Of a DNA stretch of 24,000 bases, positions 15,875-23,981 are shown one piece after another. Position numbers and translations under genes: made by a program. The notes below the pieces were generated by a model. The model was not told the DNA's origin. It saw only the letters and a program-made list of their open reading frames with translations, and ran no database searches. Location of the stretch: the sequence record OM350013.1; one strand, written 5' to 3'. The stretch is from Bacillus phage MrBubbles. Within the stretch, counting starts at the first letter, position 1; each line of letters opens with the position of its first letter.

Positions 15875-16284
15875 CGAATACGCATACGGGCTCTATGTGG
15901 GACTTTATGCCCACGTTAGATGAAAAGAAGACAATTGCACCAGCTCCGGAGGTAATCGCGCACAGCGAGCCTCTAGAGCCCTCAAAAGTCATTATGGATG
16001 AGCTTACCTTTAAAACCGACTTACTAGATAAAGTTTTGTTGTCTTTAGAGGTTAATACAGTACGTGTTATATACATCGATAGTAGTAAAAAGCAGAATTA
16101 TAGCATAGTTGATGGAATTATACAAGGGAAACTTGACGGTAAACTAATTGTTAAACATCAAGTAAACTATGACTTGACACATATTGACTTTGTTGATATC
16201 ATTATCATTGCCGAGTTAGGGAATCATACATTTTACGACTTTGACAAGCGTTACCAAGACTATAGAGAAAAGGCGGGGGAATAA
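15871..16284 (+). CDS. hypothetical protein
   Basis: Listed from 15856; ATG 15871 preceded by GGAGG. Confidence 0.82.
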   Translation: MTNTHTGSMWDFMPTLDEKKTIAPAPEVIAHSEPLEPSKVIMDELTFKTDLLDKVLLSLEVNTVRVIYIDSSKKQNYSIVDGIIQGKLDGKLIVKHQVNYDLTHIDFVDIIIIAELGNHTFYDFDKRYQDYREKAGE

Positions 16285-16285
16285 C

Positions 16286-16726
16286 ATGGCTGGACGTATT
16301 ATGGAGTTATCTATACCTTTTAATGGTGAAGGGTTTGAAAAAACTGGTAAGATAGTGTATACTTTTGATAAGGATACTATTGTTTTTAAACAAGTATGCG
16401 AGGTTCGCAACAGTGATTTGATTTACACTAAGATTACTACAATTGTAGACCGTGCACAATTCGAAAAAGGTGTTGACAAATTAAAGGGAACTAATTATGT
16501 ATGTTTCCGTGACCACAACGACGAAATTACAATATCAATCGACATTAAGGTTCGTTTGACAGACGGTAAACGCGAAATTGTAGCCGATGTACGTATGTAT
16601 CATTTAGGAAAGAATATAACAGGAGAAGTGACTGTGACACTTGACAAACTAGAGTTAATGTGCAGCGAAATTACACGCAATCAACGGATTATGGATAACG
16701 AGTTAACACAGGAGGTTGTTAATTAA
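16286..16726 (+). CDS. hypothetical protein
   Basis: Listed from 16241; MAGRIMEL... start preceded by GGCGGGGGA. Confidence 0.83.
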   Translation: MAGRIMELSIPFNGEGFEKTGKIVYTFDKDTIVFKQVCEVRNSDLIYTKITTIVDRAQFEKGVDKLKGTNYVCFRDHNDEITISIDIKVRLTDGKREIVADVRMYHLGKNITGEVTVTLDKLELMCSEITRNQRIMDNELTQEVVN

Positions 16727-17133
16727 TGGTTAAACGGTTAACAGATAGAGAAATAAGCATGGTGCACGCTGGTTTTACGCCTACTGATGATAATAAGGTA
16801 TCATTCTCTTTAACCGAGGAGGAAAGCAATACCTTATATTGTTCTCTCATTGTATATAATAAAGAGTCCTTAAAACGTTTGTTCAATAAGTCCAGAGTGT
16901 ACGAGCTAACATATGAGGACTTGGAACAACTCGTAATTTCTTTAGGGCAAACAACAAACAACGATGTAAAACGTGTATGGGACATTCTAGAGTTTAACAC
17001 AGCTCAACAACACCCCGTGGACGGATGGGTAACAGGAGGACGAACGCCCCGCGATGGTGGTTACCGCTTGTTTCTTATGTTAGAAAATGCATACGTTTAC
17101 TTTGCTGGAAAGGACATTGAATACAATGACTAA
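16726..17133 (+). CDS. hypothetical protein
   Basis: 135 aa ORF, TAATG overlap. Confidence 0.83.
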   Translation: MVKRLTDREISMVHAGFTPTDDNKVSFSLTEEESNTLYCSLIVYNKESLKRLFNKSRVYELTYEDLEQLVISLGQTTNNDVKRVWDILEFNTAQQHPVDGWVTGGRTPRDGGYRLFLMLENAYVYFAGKDIEYND

Positions 17134-17515
17134 CATAACCCGCAATTATATTGTATCTAAACGTATCAAGGCAACACCAGCAAACTTTTTTGATGCTGTA
17201 CTAGATTTACACGCGAAAATAGAGCTCATCAATCTAACGTATCGAGAGTATGACGGTGTACTTTATACGCACGTTTGCAGAGTCGTAGAAGTGTGTGACC
17301 GTGTACTTATCATTGAGCGACTACCGCACGCATATGAAGTAGAGACAGGCGCACAAGCGGGAAAACTAATTGATACTATAGTGAAGATGGATGCTATTGT
17401 CAAGCTAGAGAAAAGACAGTATGTAAATGACAGTGTTTATGACAAATACTATACAGCGTTATGGGACGAGATGGACGAAGCTGAGGGATTAAATAGATTT
17501 ACTGAAGATTTATAA
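17126..17515 (+). CDS. hypothetical protein
   Basis: Listed from 17087; MTNITRNY... start has GGAAAGGA upstream. Confidence 0.83.
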   Translation: MTNITRNYIVSKRIKATPANFFDAVLDLHAKIELINLTYREYDGVLYTHVCRVVEVCDRVLIIERLPHAYEVETGAQAGKLIDTIVKMDAIVKLEKRQYVNDSVYDKYYTALWDEMDEAEGLNRFTEDL

Positions 17516-17524
17516 AATAGGGGG

Positions 17525-17553
17525 TTGCAACCCCCTTACATACATGATACAAT
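17525..17553 (+). promoter_or_regulatory. promoter with palindromic -35 region
   Basis: AGGGGGTTGCAACCCCCT (17519-17536); TTGCAA-17-TACAAT. Confidence 0.93.
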
Positions 17554-17602
17554 GAAGTCAGTTAAGAAATACAAAAAAAAAAATATAAGGTGGTAGTTAC
17601 AT

Positions 17603-18028
17603 ATGAAAGAATTAAAAGCAGTTGTGGAAATGGTTAGTCTTGGTTGTGTGTGTTCTGGTACAGATTACATGAATGTTGGTGTTACTGCTGAAGAAAACAT
17701 TTCAATCTTAATGCATGATGACATGGGCGAAACGGTTGAGCGTATTGAGCGCCAACTAACACCAGAGCAAACAGCAGCCTTTACAGATAAAATCATGCAA
17801 CTTCTATTGTCAATGTATCAAAATACTGGTGTTATGGGAAATATGGTTGAACGTATCGTACATGATGAAATTAATGATATTGATTTGCGTATCGGTCATG
17901 ATGTTGAGGAACAGGAAGTTTTGATTGAGCTTAATGGCACAGGAGTTATCCTTGTACTTGAACAAATTGAAAAGATTATGGACTTAATCCAAAAGGATAG
18001 AGTTAAAGGAAACATTTCTTTCAATTAA
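17603..18028 (+). CDS. hypothetical protein
   Basis: 141 aa ORF downstream of promoter. Confidence 0.88.
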   Translation: MKELKAVVEMVSLGCVCSGTDYMNVGVTAEENISILMHDDMGETVERIERQLTPEQTAAFTDKIMQLLLSMYQNTGVMGNMVERIVHDEINDIDLRIGHDVEEQEVLIELNGTGVILVLEQIEKIMDLIQKDRVKGNISFN

Positions 18029-18041
18029 TTAAAATAAGGGG

Positions 18042-18070
18042 TTGCAACCCCTTTACATACATGCTACAAT
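18042..18070 (+). promoter_or_regulatory. promoter with palindromic -35 region
   Basis: AAGGGGTTGCAACCCCTT (18036-18053); TTGCAA-17-TACAAT. Confidence 0.93.
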
Positions 18071-18121
18071 GAAGTCAGTTAAGAAATACATAAACAATTA
18101 AATAAATGGAGGTAGTTACAT

Positions 18122-18442
18122 ATGAAAATCAAACAAATCTTGCTAAGTAATGGTACTGTAGTAGAAAAGGATTTTCCAACTAAGATTGAGGATGTTACAA
18201 GCATCTATCAGCTAGGTCTTGATGTTGTGGAGGAAAAGGAAAGATTGTACAAGGCTATTCGTTTAGCTCCTACTGACATGCGTTACAATGAGTTTGTCAA
18301 GTACCGTAAAGCATGGGTTAAGGAAATCATTGAATTAGAAACACTTTATAAAAATGTTTGCTATGCATACCACAACGAGCCGTTACCCGAGGTTATGGCA
18401 CGTAAAAATGAATTTTTCACTGTAGGAGGTGTTGCTCTATGA
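18122..18442 (+). CDS. hypothetical protein
   Basis: 106 aa ORF downstream of promoter. Confidence 0.87.
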   Translation: MKIKQILLSNGTVVEKDFPTKIEDVTSIYQLGLDVVEEKERLYKAIRLAPTDMRYNEFVKYRKAWVKEIIELETLYKNVCYAYHNEPLPEVMARKNEFFTVGGVAL

Positions 18443-18663
18443 AACCAGCTAATAAATTAGAGTATGTACATGCAATTGATAATGAATTAAGGTTTTTACC
18501 TCATAACATTAAGGTGTCGCGTGTATGGAACGGTGCAGACTTTTGCGGAGAACAAAAGGCAGAGACATTTGTCAATTTGTTAGGCGAAGGAGATTATAAG
18601 AAAGCTGCTACAAAGTTTACAAAAGAAGAATTACAGGGTATTTGGTATTTTGCACAACACTAA
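18439..18663 (+). CDS. hypothetical protein
   Basis: 74 aa ORF, ATGA overlap. Confidence 0.8.
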   Translation: MKPANKLEYVHAIDNELRFLPHNIKVSRVWNGADFCGEQKAETFVNLLGEGDYKKAATKFTKEELQGIWYFAQH

Positions 18664-18695
18664 ACTAAAACAATTATAAAGGATGGTAGATTATA

Positions 18696-19064
18696 ATGAC
18701 AAAAGTAAATGAAGTTCATATCGTATGTGATGTAATGGAAAGCGATAATTTAACAGTGGCAATGAATGACAAAGGCATGACAAGTATTTTCATGCATGTA
18801 ATCTTTAATGAGGAACCACTTACAAAGCATCAACTATTATCACGTGTTGAGACGTTACGCCTTATCAAAACATTATCTATCTGTATGTATGAGGATGTAC
18901 ATGAAACAATTAACAAAGGATATGACATTAAGGATACAGTTGCAATTGTATCAGACGCAGCTAGAAAGCGCGCATACATCTATATAGGTGTTGACGCTAT
19001 AGCCTTGAACCGTACAACGTGCAGAAAGCTTAGAGATGAGTTAGAAAGGGGGTTAAACGCATGA
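18696..19064 (+). CDS. hypothetical protein
   Basis: 122 aa ORF with AAGGATGGTAG RBS. Confidence 0.85.
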   Translation: MTKVNEVHIVCDVMESDNLTVAMNDKGMTSIFMHVIFNEEPLTKHQLLSRVETLRLIKTLSICMYEDVHETINKGYDIKDTVAIVSDAARKRAYIYIGVDAIALNRTTCRKLRDELERGLNA

Positions 19065-19438
19065 GACACCAAAAAGACGTTTCTATCTGTTTAATCTGTG
19101 AGGAGTTCAACAACGATACATTGACCCTCACTAAGTCATCTAATACAAGTGATTTAAAACTAGAATTCGAATTCATGCGAGACGAAAAGACAAACGCACA
19201 CAAGCGCATTAACTATACAGTATTATTGGACAAGAAGGAAGAAAATATTCTTTATGATTATATTGATAGTAATGTGCAGTCTGACAATAGTATTCGCTTT
19301 GATGATGGTACAAACGAATTAGAGGTTACTTATGATATGTGGAACAATACTATAACATTCTCATACAACAGCAGTGATATTATTGTATCCGATACACAAG
19401 AACACACGATTCTAGATTTGTTAGATTGGGGTGTCTAA
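19061..19438 (+). CDS. hypothetical protein
   Basis: 125 aa ORF, ATGA overlap. Confidence 0.83.
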   Translation: MRHQKDVSICLICEEFNNDTLTLTKSSNTSDLKLEFEFMRDEKTNAHKRINYTVLLDKKEENILYDYIDSNVQSDNSIRFDDGTNELEVTYDMWNNTITFSYNSSDIIVSDTQEHTILDLLDWGV

Positions 19439-19440
19439 CA

Positions 19441-19638
19441 ATGAGGATGAACTCTTATAGAACGTTAGAACTAATTGAATCAGCTAAAAAGAAAATAAGC
19501 ATCGGATGTAGTGAAGGCGAAATGTCATTTGAAGACTGGAACAAAATAAATAATCATTTAGACAATGCTTATATAGGGTTGATGCGCGTATTAAACAATG
19601 AAGCGACAAAAGAAAGATTAGAGGATGAAATATTATAA
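19441..19638 (+). CDS. hypothetical protein
   Basis: Listed from 19426; ATG 19441 is just after the upstream stop. Confidence 0.73.
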   Translation: MRMNSYRTLELIESAKKKISIGCSEGEMSFEDWNKINNHLDNAYIGLMRVLNNEATKERLEDEIL

Positions 19639-19913
19639 TGTTAGGTCTATATAAGTCAGAGGAGATAACAAGCTATGATGTTATCATGAAAACACTAGCA
19701 AGAACAAGAGACACACAATTCTTTATGGTAACACATATTCGACGTAAAGAGGGGAAACAAGAAAGAAAGTTCTTAGTAACAACAGTGTACAAGCTACATG
19801 AGATTGTATACAATACAGCGCTAAAGGTAACACATATTCGATTCGTTGACTATGAAGGGAATGTATTAGTTTTACCCATGGAAGATATATTGATTATCAA
19901 ATCATGTACTTAA
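19638..19913 (+). CDS. hypothetical protein
   Basis: 91 aa ORF, TAATG overlap. Confidence 0.8.
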   Translation: MLGLYKSEEITSYDVIMKTLARTRDTQFFMVTHIRRKEGKQERKFLVTTVYKLHEIVYNTALKVTHIRFVDYEGNVLVLPMEDILIIKSCT

Positions 19914-19935
19914 ACGAAATGGAAGGAGGATAATA

Positions 19936-20175
19936 ATGACAAAGGAAAAAGAACTAGCGATATGTTTATCATTAGTAGACTTATTAAAAGAGCTTACAAT
20001 TAAAGATGGCAAGATATACGTATACATTGTTACATCTGATTACGGGTATGATACGAATGACTTTGAAGGGGTGTACAGTACAGAGGAAAAGGCGAAGGCT
20101 AGATGTGACAAAGCAAACAAAGACCTCGGTGGAAATATCTTCAGCTATGAAGAATATTATCTAAACGAAGACTAA
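19936..20175 (+). CDS. hypothetical protein
   Basis: 79 aa ORF, RBS GGAAGGAG. Confidence 0.82.
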   Translation: MTKEKELAICLSLVDLLKELTIKDGKIYVYIVTSDYGYDTNDFEGVYSTEEKAKARCDKANKDLGGNIFSYEEYYLNED

Positions 20176-20213
20176 ACAATATATAGTATATAACACATAA
20201 TGAAAGGGTGTAG

Positions 20214-20525
20214 GTGTATATGACAAAAAGAAACAAAGTAAATGATATAAGTACTTGGACAGATAAAGAACTAGATACGCAAATCGTTACACTAGAACAT
20301 ATCATCAAACGGAGTAAGGAAAGACTAAAACAACTGAGAGAAGAAGAACACAGACGCGACAATATCAGCGCATACTTTAATAAAGATGATATGATAACAC
20401 AAGGATTAGTACATGCTGGTATCATTAGAAAGAAAAGAAACAATACAAGTACAAGTAATGCTAATACTGACAGAGCTATTAGAGAGAGACAATTCACGAA
20501 CAGTTCAATACAAGGGGGAATGTAA
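20214..20525 (+). CDS. hypothetical protein
   Basis: 103 aa ORF (ATG at 20220 also possible). Confidence 0.8.
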   Translation: MYMTKRNKVNDISTWTDKELDTQIVTLEHIIKRSKERLKQLREEEHRRDNISAYFNKDDMITQGLVHAGIIRKKRNNTSTSNANTDRAIRERQFTNSSIQGGM

Positions 20526-20526
20526 T

Positions 20527-20652
20527 ATGTTAAAGGTAACGTTAATTAACATTATCGGTGGTACAAAAGAAAAGAGAGACTTCCCAAACGAGGAAGCACT
20601 GGATAAATACTTGAAAAGAAAACCATTTATCATAGCGAAAAAGGAGCGATAG
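20527..20652 (+). CDS. small hypothetical protein
   Basis: Listed from 20413, which overlaps the upstream gene heavily; MLKVTLINIIGG... has an AGGGGGAA RBS. Confidence 0.7.
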   Translation: MLKVTLINIIGGTKEKRDFPNEEALDKYLKRKPFIIAKKER

Positions 20653-20655
20653 ACT

Positions 20656-21156
20656 ATGTACAGTTTCGAAGGTCATGAGTTAACAGTCATTAAACGTTTA
20701 GCATTAAAGCATATCATGTTATACTTACAAACAGGGCATACAGACTATACAATCAATGTAGACACTGTAAGAGAACTAAGCATCAAAGAACAAGTATGGA
20801 TACAGAAAGCAACTGAATCAATCAAAGACATTAAACAACTCAATTGTAACTTCAATAGCTTTGATGAGGCAATAGGCTGGATGCTTATACACATCAAAAT
20901 GGAGTTCGAACAAACATTAAAACAAACAACAGTATTCGCGCACCCTTTAGAAGAACGCGTATTTGTAACAGTGCCAATTGATGGGGCGATTACATTAATA
21001 CAAACGGTAATAGATACTCGATTACACTCAATGAATAATAAAAACAAAGATAACGTAAAATATAACCATCCCGTGTATAGAGCAATTACAAAGGTATTAG
21101 AAGAACAAAGAGCACGTGATAAAAGAATAGAACTATATAAGGAGGTTATGTCATGA
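20656..21156 (+). CDS. hypothetical protein
   Basis: 166 aa ORF. Confidence 0.83.
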   Translation: MYSFEGHELTVIKRLALKHIMLYLQTGHTDYTINVDTVRELSIKEQVWIQKATESIKDIKQLNCNFNSFDEAIGWMLIHIKMEFEQTLKQTTVFAHPLEERVFVTVPIDGAITLIQTVIDTRLHSMNNKNKDNVKYNHPVYRAITKVLEEQRARDKRIELYKEVMS

Positions 21157-21443
21157 CAATCAGATACTATTCATCAGTAGAGGTTATGGACTGGAATGAA
21201 ATAGCAGAGGTATTAAAAGAGGATGTATCACACTTTCATATTGTATATAAAGAGTATAAGAAGGTAGGGGCAAATGATACATTAAAGGAGTTTGTTACAT
21301 CAGACTTAGTTAAACTAGAACGTATTATATATGATGTACAAGAACAAGCTGCATCATGGGTAGAGTTCACAGGTAATAACAGTGAGACGTTGTCACTTCC
21401 TTTGTATGAAATTATAAACGTTAAAGGGATTACGTTACACTAG
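21153..21443 (+). CDS. hypothetical protein
   Basis: 96 aa ORF, ATGA overlap. Confidence 0.82.
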   Translation: MTIRYYSSVEVMDWNEIAEVLKEDVSHFHIVYKEYKKVGANDTLKEFVTSDLVKLERIIYDVQEQAASWVEFTGNNSETLSLPLYEIINVKGITLH

Positions 21444-21707
21444 ACTGATACAACAGCGCGTATAAGGCTAATAATAAGCCTTTCTAAAACAACTAATAGC
21501 AAGCCTTACAATAAAGGTAAATGAAAGACTGGTATCAGAGCCTCAGGTTTTTCTCTGGTATACGCTTCATGCTAGATAGAGTAGATTGCATCCTTGTGTA
21601 CAAATATATACCCGTTCTACAAACTTGTACAGGTGTTTTAAGGGGTCTCACACTCCGTTACACGTCGTTTCACAAACTAACTGGTACAAATGTATAAGAA
21701 CAACAAA

Positions 21708-21735
21708 AAAGCCCTTCACGACAATGTGAGGGCTT
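21708..21735 (-). terminator. hairpin best read as a minus-strand terminator
   Basis: Minus strand: AAAGCCCTCAC-ATTGTC-GTGAAGGGCTTTTTTG; on plus the T-tract is weak (TTTCCT). Confidence 0.65.
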
Positions 21736-21757
21736 TCCTGCTATAATGTGGGGTTTG

Positions 21758-21837
21758 CTAGTAGCTCACTGGAATGCAAGCGCAACTCCTAGTAGCTCAC
21801 TGGAACAGAGCCGAAAATCCTTAGTAGCTCCCTAGAA
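21758..21837 (+). repeat. three tandemly spaced CTAGTAGCTC[A/C]CTRGAA elements
   Basis: Copies at 21758-21774, 21789-21805 and 21821-21837, spacing 31 and 32 bp. Confidence 0.9.
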
Positions 21838-21906
21838 CGCATAGGCAACTATACAGCTTGTCCATTTAGCTCATGAGCAATTACGCCCACGGAGCCAATC
21901 GCACTA

Positions 21907-22990
21907 TCTGACAATTGTCAGACAATTACGACAACAGGTATCTACAAAATGTGCATCGACCTGCTTAAACAGAATAGCACATCAAACGACAATAATACAA
22001 GCATAGACAAATTAAAAGTTTTTTATACATATTCTGACTAACTAAATATTCTGACAATTAGCAGCGCATATAAATACCACAGATTAGGCTATTTGTCAAG
22101 TTAAAAGAGTATTGCAAATATCCTGACAATAAGAATAGTATAAATAGTCTGACAACGGTAGGGGCGGCTAATAGTCTGACTGTCATAATAGTGTGAATTG
22201 TGCTATTGTTCGGATTATTCTAAATAGTCTGAACATTTAGATAAAAACCCTCGGGAATTATTAGTTGACTATTCTTAATTGTCTGATAATTGCGAATAAT
22301 AGAATAGTCTGATAATTATAATGTTCGTGTTATTGTGAATATTCTGACAGTTTGAATACTATGAATGTTATGAATATTCTGACAATTGTAAGAGGCTGCA
22401 ATAGAATTAACTGATAATTCAAACTATTCAAGCAATTATGATAGTCAGGCTATTCTAAATATTCTGACAATTGTTTCGGTCCGACTACCTTGTAAGTTAT
22501 CTGACAATTATGACTATTCAAGTTATCAGACTATTTCTAATACATTGTTAACTTGACATTTGCGTTGATGTGTGGTAAACGTGTGTGAGCTATTTGTCAG
22601 ACAATTCAAATAGTCAGACAATTCTGTCTATTTAAAGATGACTAAATATTCTGACAATTTGCGAAGCCGTGGTACTGCTGGGATGAGAGGTTGTTTCCTC
22701 TGTACGGGCTGTTAGGAGGCTAGGCAATACAAATACTAGGGCTATAGCTTAGAATCGCTGTACAGGGCTGTGAGAGGCTTTAAAATAGATTTGACAAATA
22801 GAATAATATATGTTATGGGAAGTTATCAGATAATTCTGACTATCAGACAATTTAAAACTCCTATTACATTGCATAGGAGTGCGCATATGTGGTTATCATA
22901 ATAGTATACGTATGTCAAGTAAATCTTATATTCTGACAAATTAACTGTATATAATATTCTGACAATTTCGAATAAACTTTTATTTTGTCA
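21907..22990. repeat. dense bidirectional array of a TCTGACAATT motif in an ORF-free region
   Basis: Copies include 21907, 22050, 22148, 22378, 22463, 22500, 22650, 22932 and 22958 plus many near matches and reverse-complement copies. Confidence 0.92.
22700..22780. repeat. imperfect direct repeat, 58-bp offset
   Basis: CTGTACGGGCTGTTAGGAGGCT (22700-) and CTGTACAGGGCTGTGAGAGGCT (22758-). Confidence 0.7.
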
Positions 22991-23081
22991 AAGGGTTGTA
23001 TTATAAGTCGATATATGAGATATTATAGGAGCAGCAGGGAAACATCTTGCTAGCATACATAACGAAGGATGGTAGATTATA

Positions 23082-23582
23082 ATGATGAACACAATTGATA
23101 TGTTAAATAAAGAGGTTATGGTTACAACTTTAGATGGACGTTCTTTTACTGGTACAATGGTAGATTTAAATGATGCTGGTAATATTGCATGGGTTGATAA
23201 TGGTTTGGACTGGTTCCCAATTGACTTAGATAACGATAGAATGTCATTAGTACATCCAGTTAAGGAAGAAGCTAAAGAAGTTAAACTTCCATATGATGTT
23301 AAGAATATTACTGCTATTAAAGCAGAATATAAGGAGGAGATGTCCGAGCAATGGGAGGACGTTGACTACCATACAGTGATGGTATACAATAACGACGAAG
23401 ACGGAGAAGAAGTATATGATTGCGAATTCTCTGCATATGACACGACTGGTGATTATATGTTCTGCGTATACTTCGGTACGTACTACGATGAGAAGGAAGC
23501 GTTGAAGGCTGCAAAAGCGATGCGTACTAAGCTTGCTAAATACTTTGATATAGAAGGTGCCGTATCAGTATACACTTGCTAG
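23082..23582 (+). CDS. hypothetical protein
   Basis: 166 aa ORF, RBS AAGGATGGTAG; ATG 23085 also possible. Confidence 0.88.
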   Translation: MMNTIDMLNKEVMVTTLDGRSFTGTMVDLNDAGNIAWVDNGLDWFPIDLDNDRMSLVHPVKEEAKEVKLPYDVKNITAIKAEYKEEMSEQWEDVDYHTVMVYNNDEDGEEVYDCEFSAYDTTGDYMFCVYFGTYYDEKEALKAAKAMRTKLAKYFDIEGAVSVYTC

Positions 23583-23645
23583 TCAGGGCGTAAAGCCCCT
23601 TATAATTAACGCTTGACAAATACTATTATATAAGGATGGGATATT

Positions 23646-23981
23646 ATGAACGCTAATATCGAACTTGCCATTATTGAACTGGAGCAGATTGCCAAACATG
23701 CTGAGGTGCTTGGTGATATGTATAAGACTAGACAAACGTACTCAATTGTATTACCTGCTCATATGCACGTTCATATCATAGACGCTTCGACGTTTATTAA
23801 TAAGGGGATGAAGGGCGTTAGACATGATATGGCACTGGTGGAGGCTACGTATGTATCCAAGCGTATTAGCGCTATCGTGTCAGGTGTGGTTAAGCAGCAG
23901 CATCAAACGGAGGTAGCTATTAGAGACCTGCAAAGAGCGTGCGAAGACTTGATTGAGAATTTGCGTAAATGGAATAAATAG
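23646..23981 (+). CDS. hypothetical protein
   Basis: 111 aa ORF, upstream AAGGATGGGA. Confidence 0.82.
   Translation: MNANIELAIIELEQIAKHAEVLGDMYKTRQTYSIVLPAHMHVHIIDASTFINKGMKGVRHDMALVEATYVSKRISAIVSGVVKQQHQTEVAIRDLQRACEDLIENLRKWNK

Noticed and set aside
19279-19289. TCTGACAATAG match inside ORF 19061..19438
   Set aside because: Single isolated partial match within coding sequence; consistent with chance.
20187-20192. TATAAT upstream of ORF 20214..20525
   Set aside because: Good -10 but no recognisable -35 at 16-18 bp and no downstream GTTAAG element; left unannotated.
15602-21047. Remaining minus-strand ORFs (15602, 15864, 16216, 16719, 20141 and 20745 starts)
   Set aside because: All antisense to coupled plus-strand genes; hydrophobic compositions are typical of antisense translation.
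22791-22796. TTGACA as a promoter in the array region
   Set aside because: No acceptable -10 at proper spacing (TATGGG-like only) and no ORF immediately downstream.
21907-22990. CRISPR array interpretation
   Set aside because: The repeat unit is only about 10-12 nt, spacing is irregular, both orientations are mixed, and no cas gene is visible.
23317-23514. 65-aa minus-strand ORF
   Set aside because: Antisense to ORF 23082..23582; basic/low-complexity shadow.
23613-23645. TTGACA just upstream of ORF 23646
   Set aside because: No -10 fits between it and the start codon with normal spacing; transcription probably comes from upstream.
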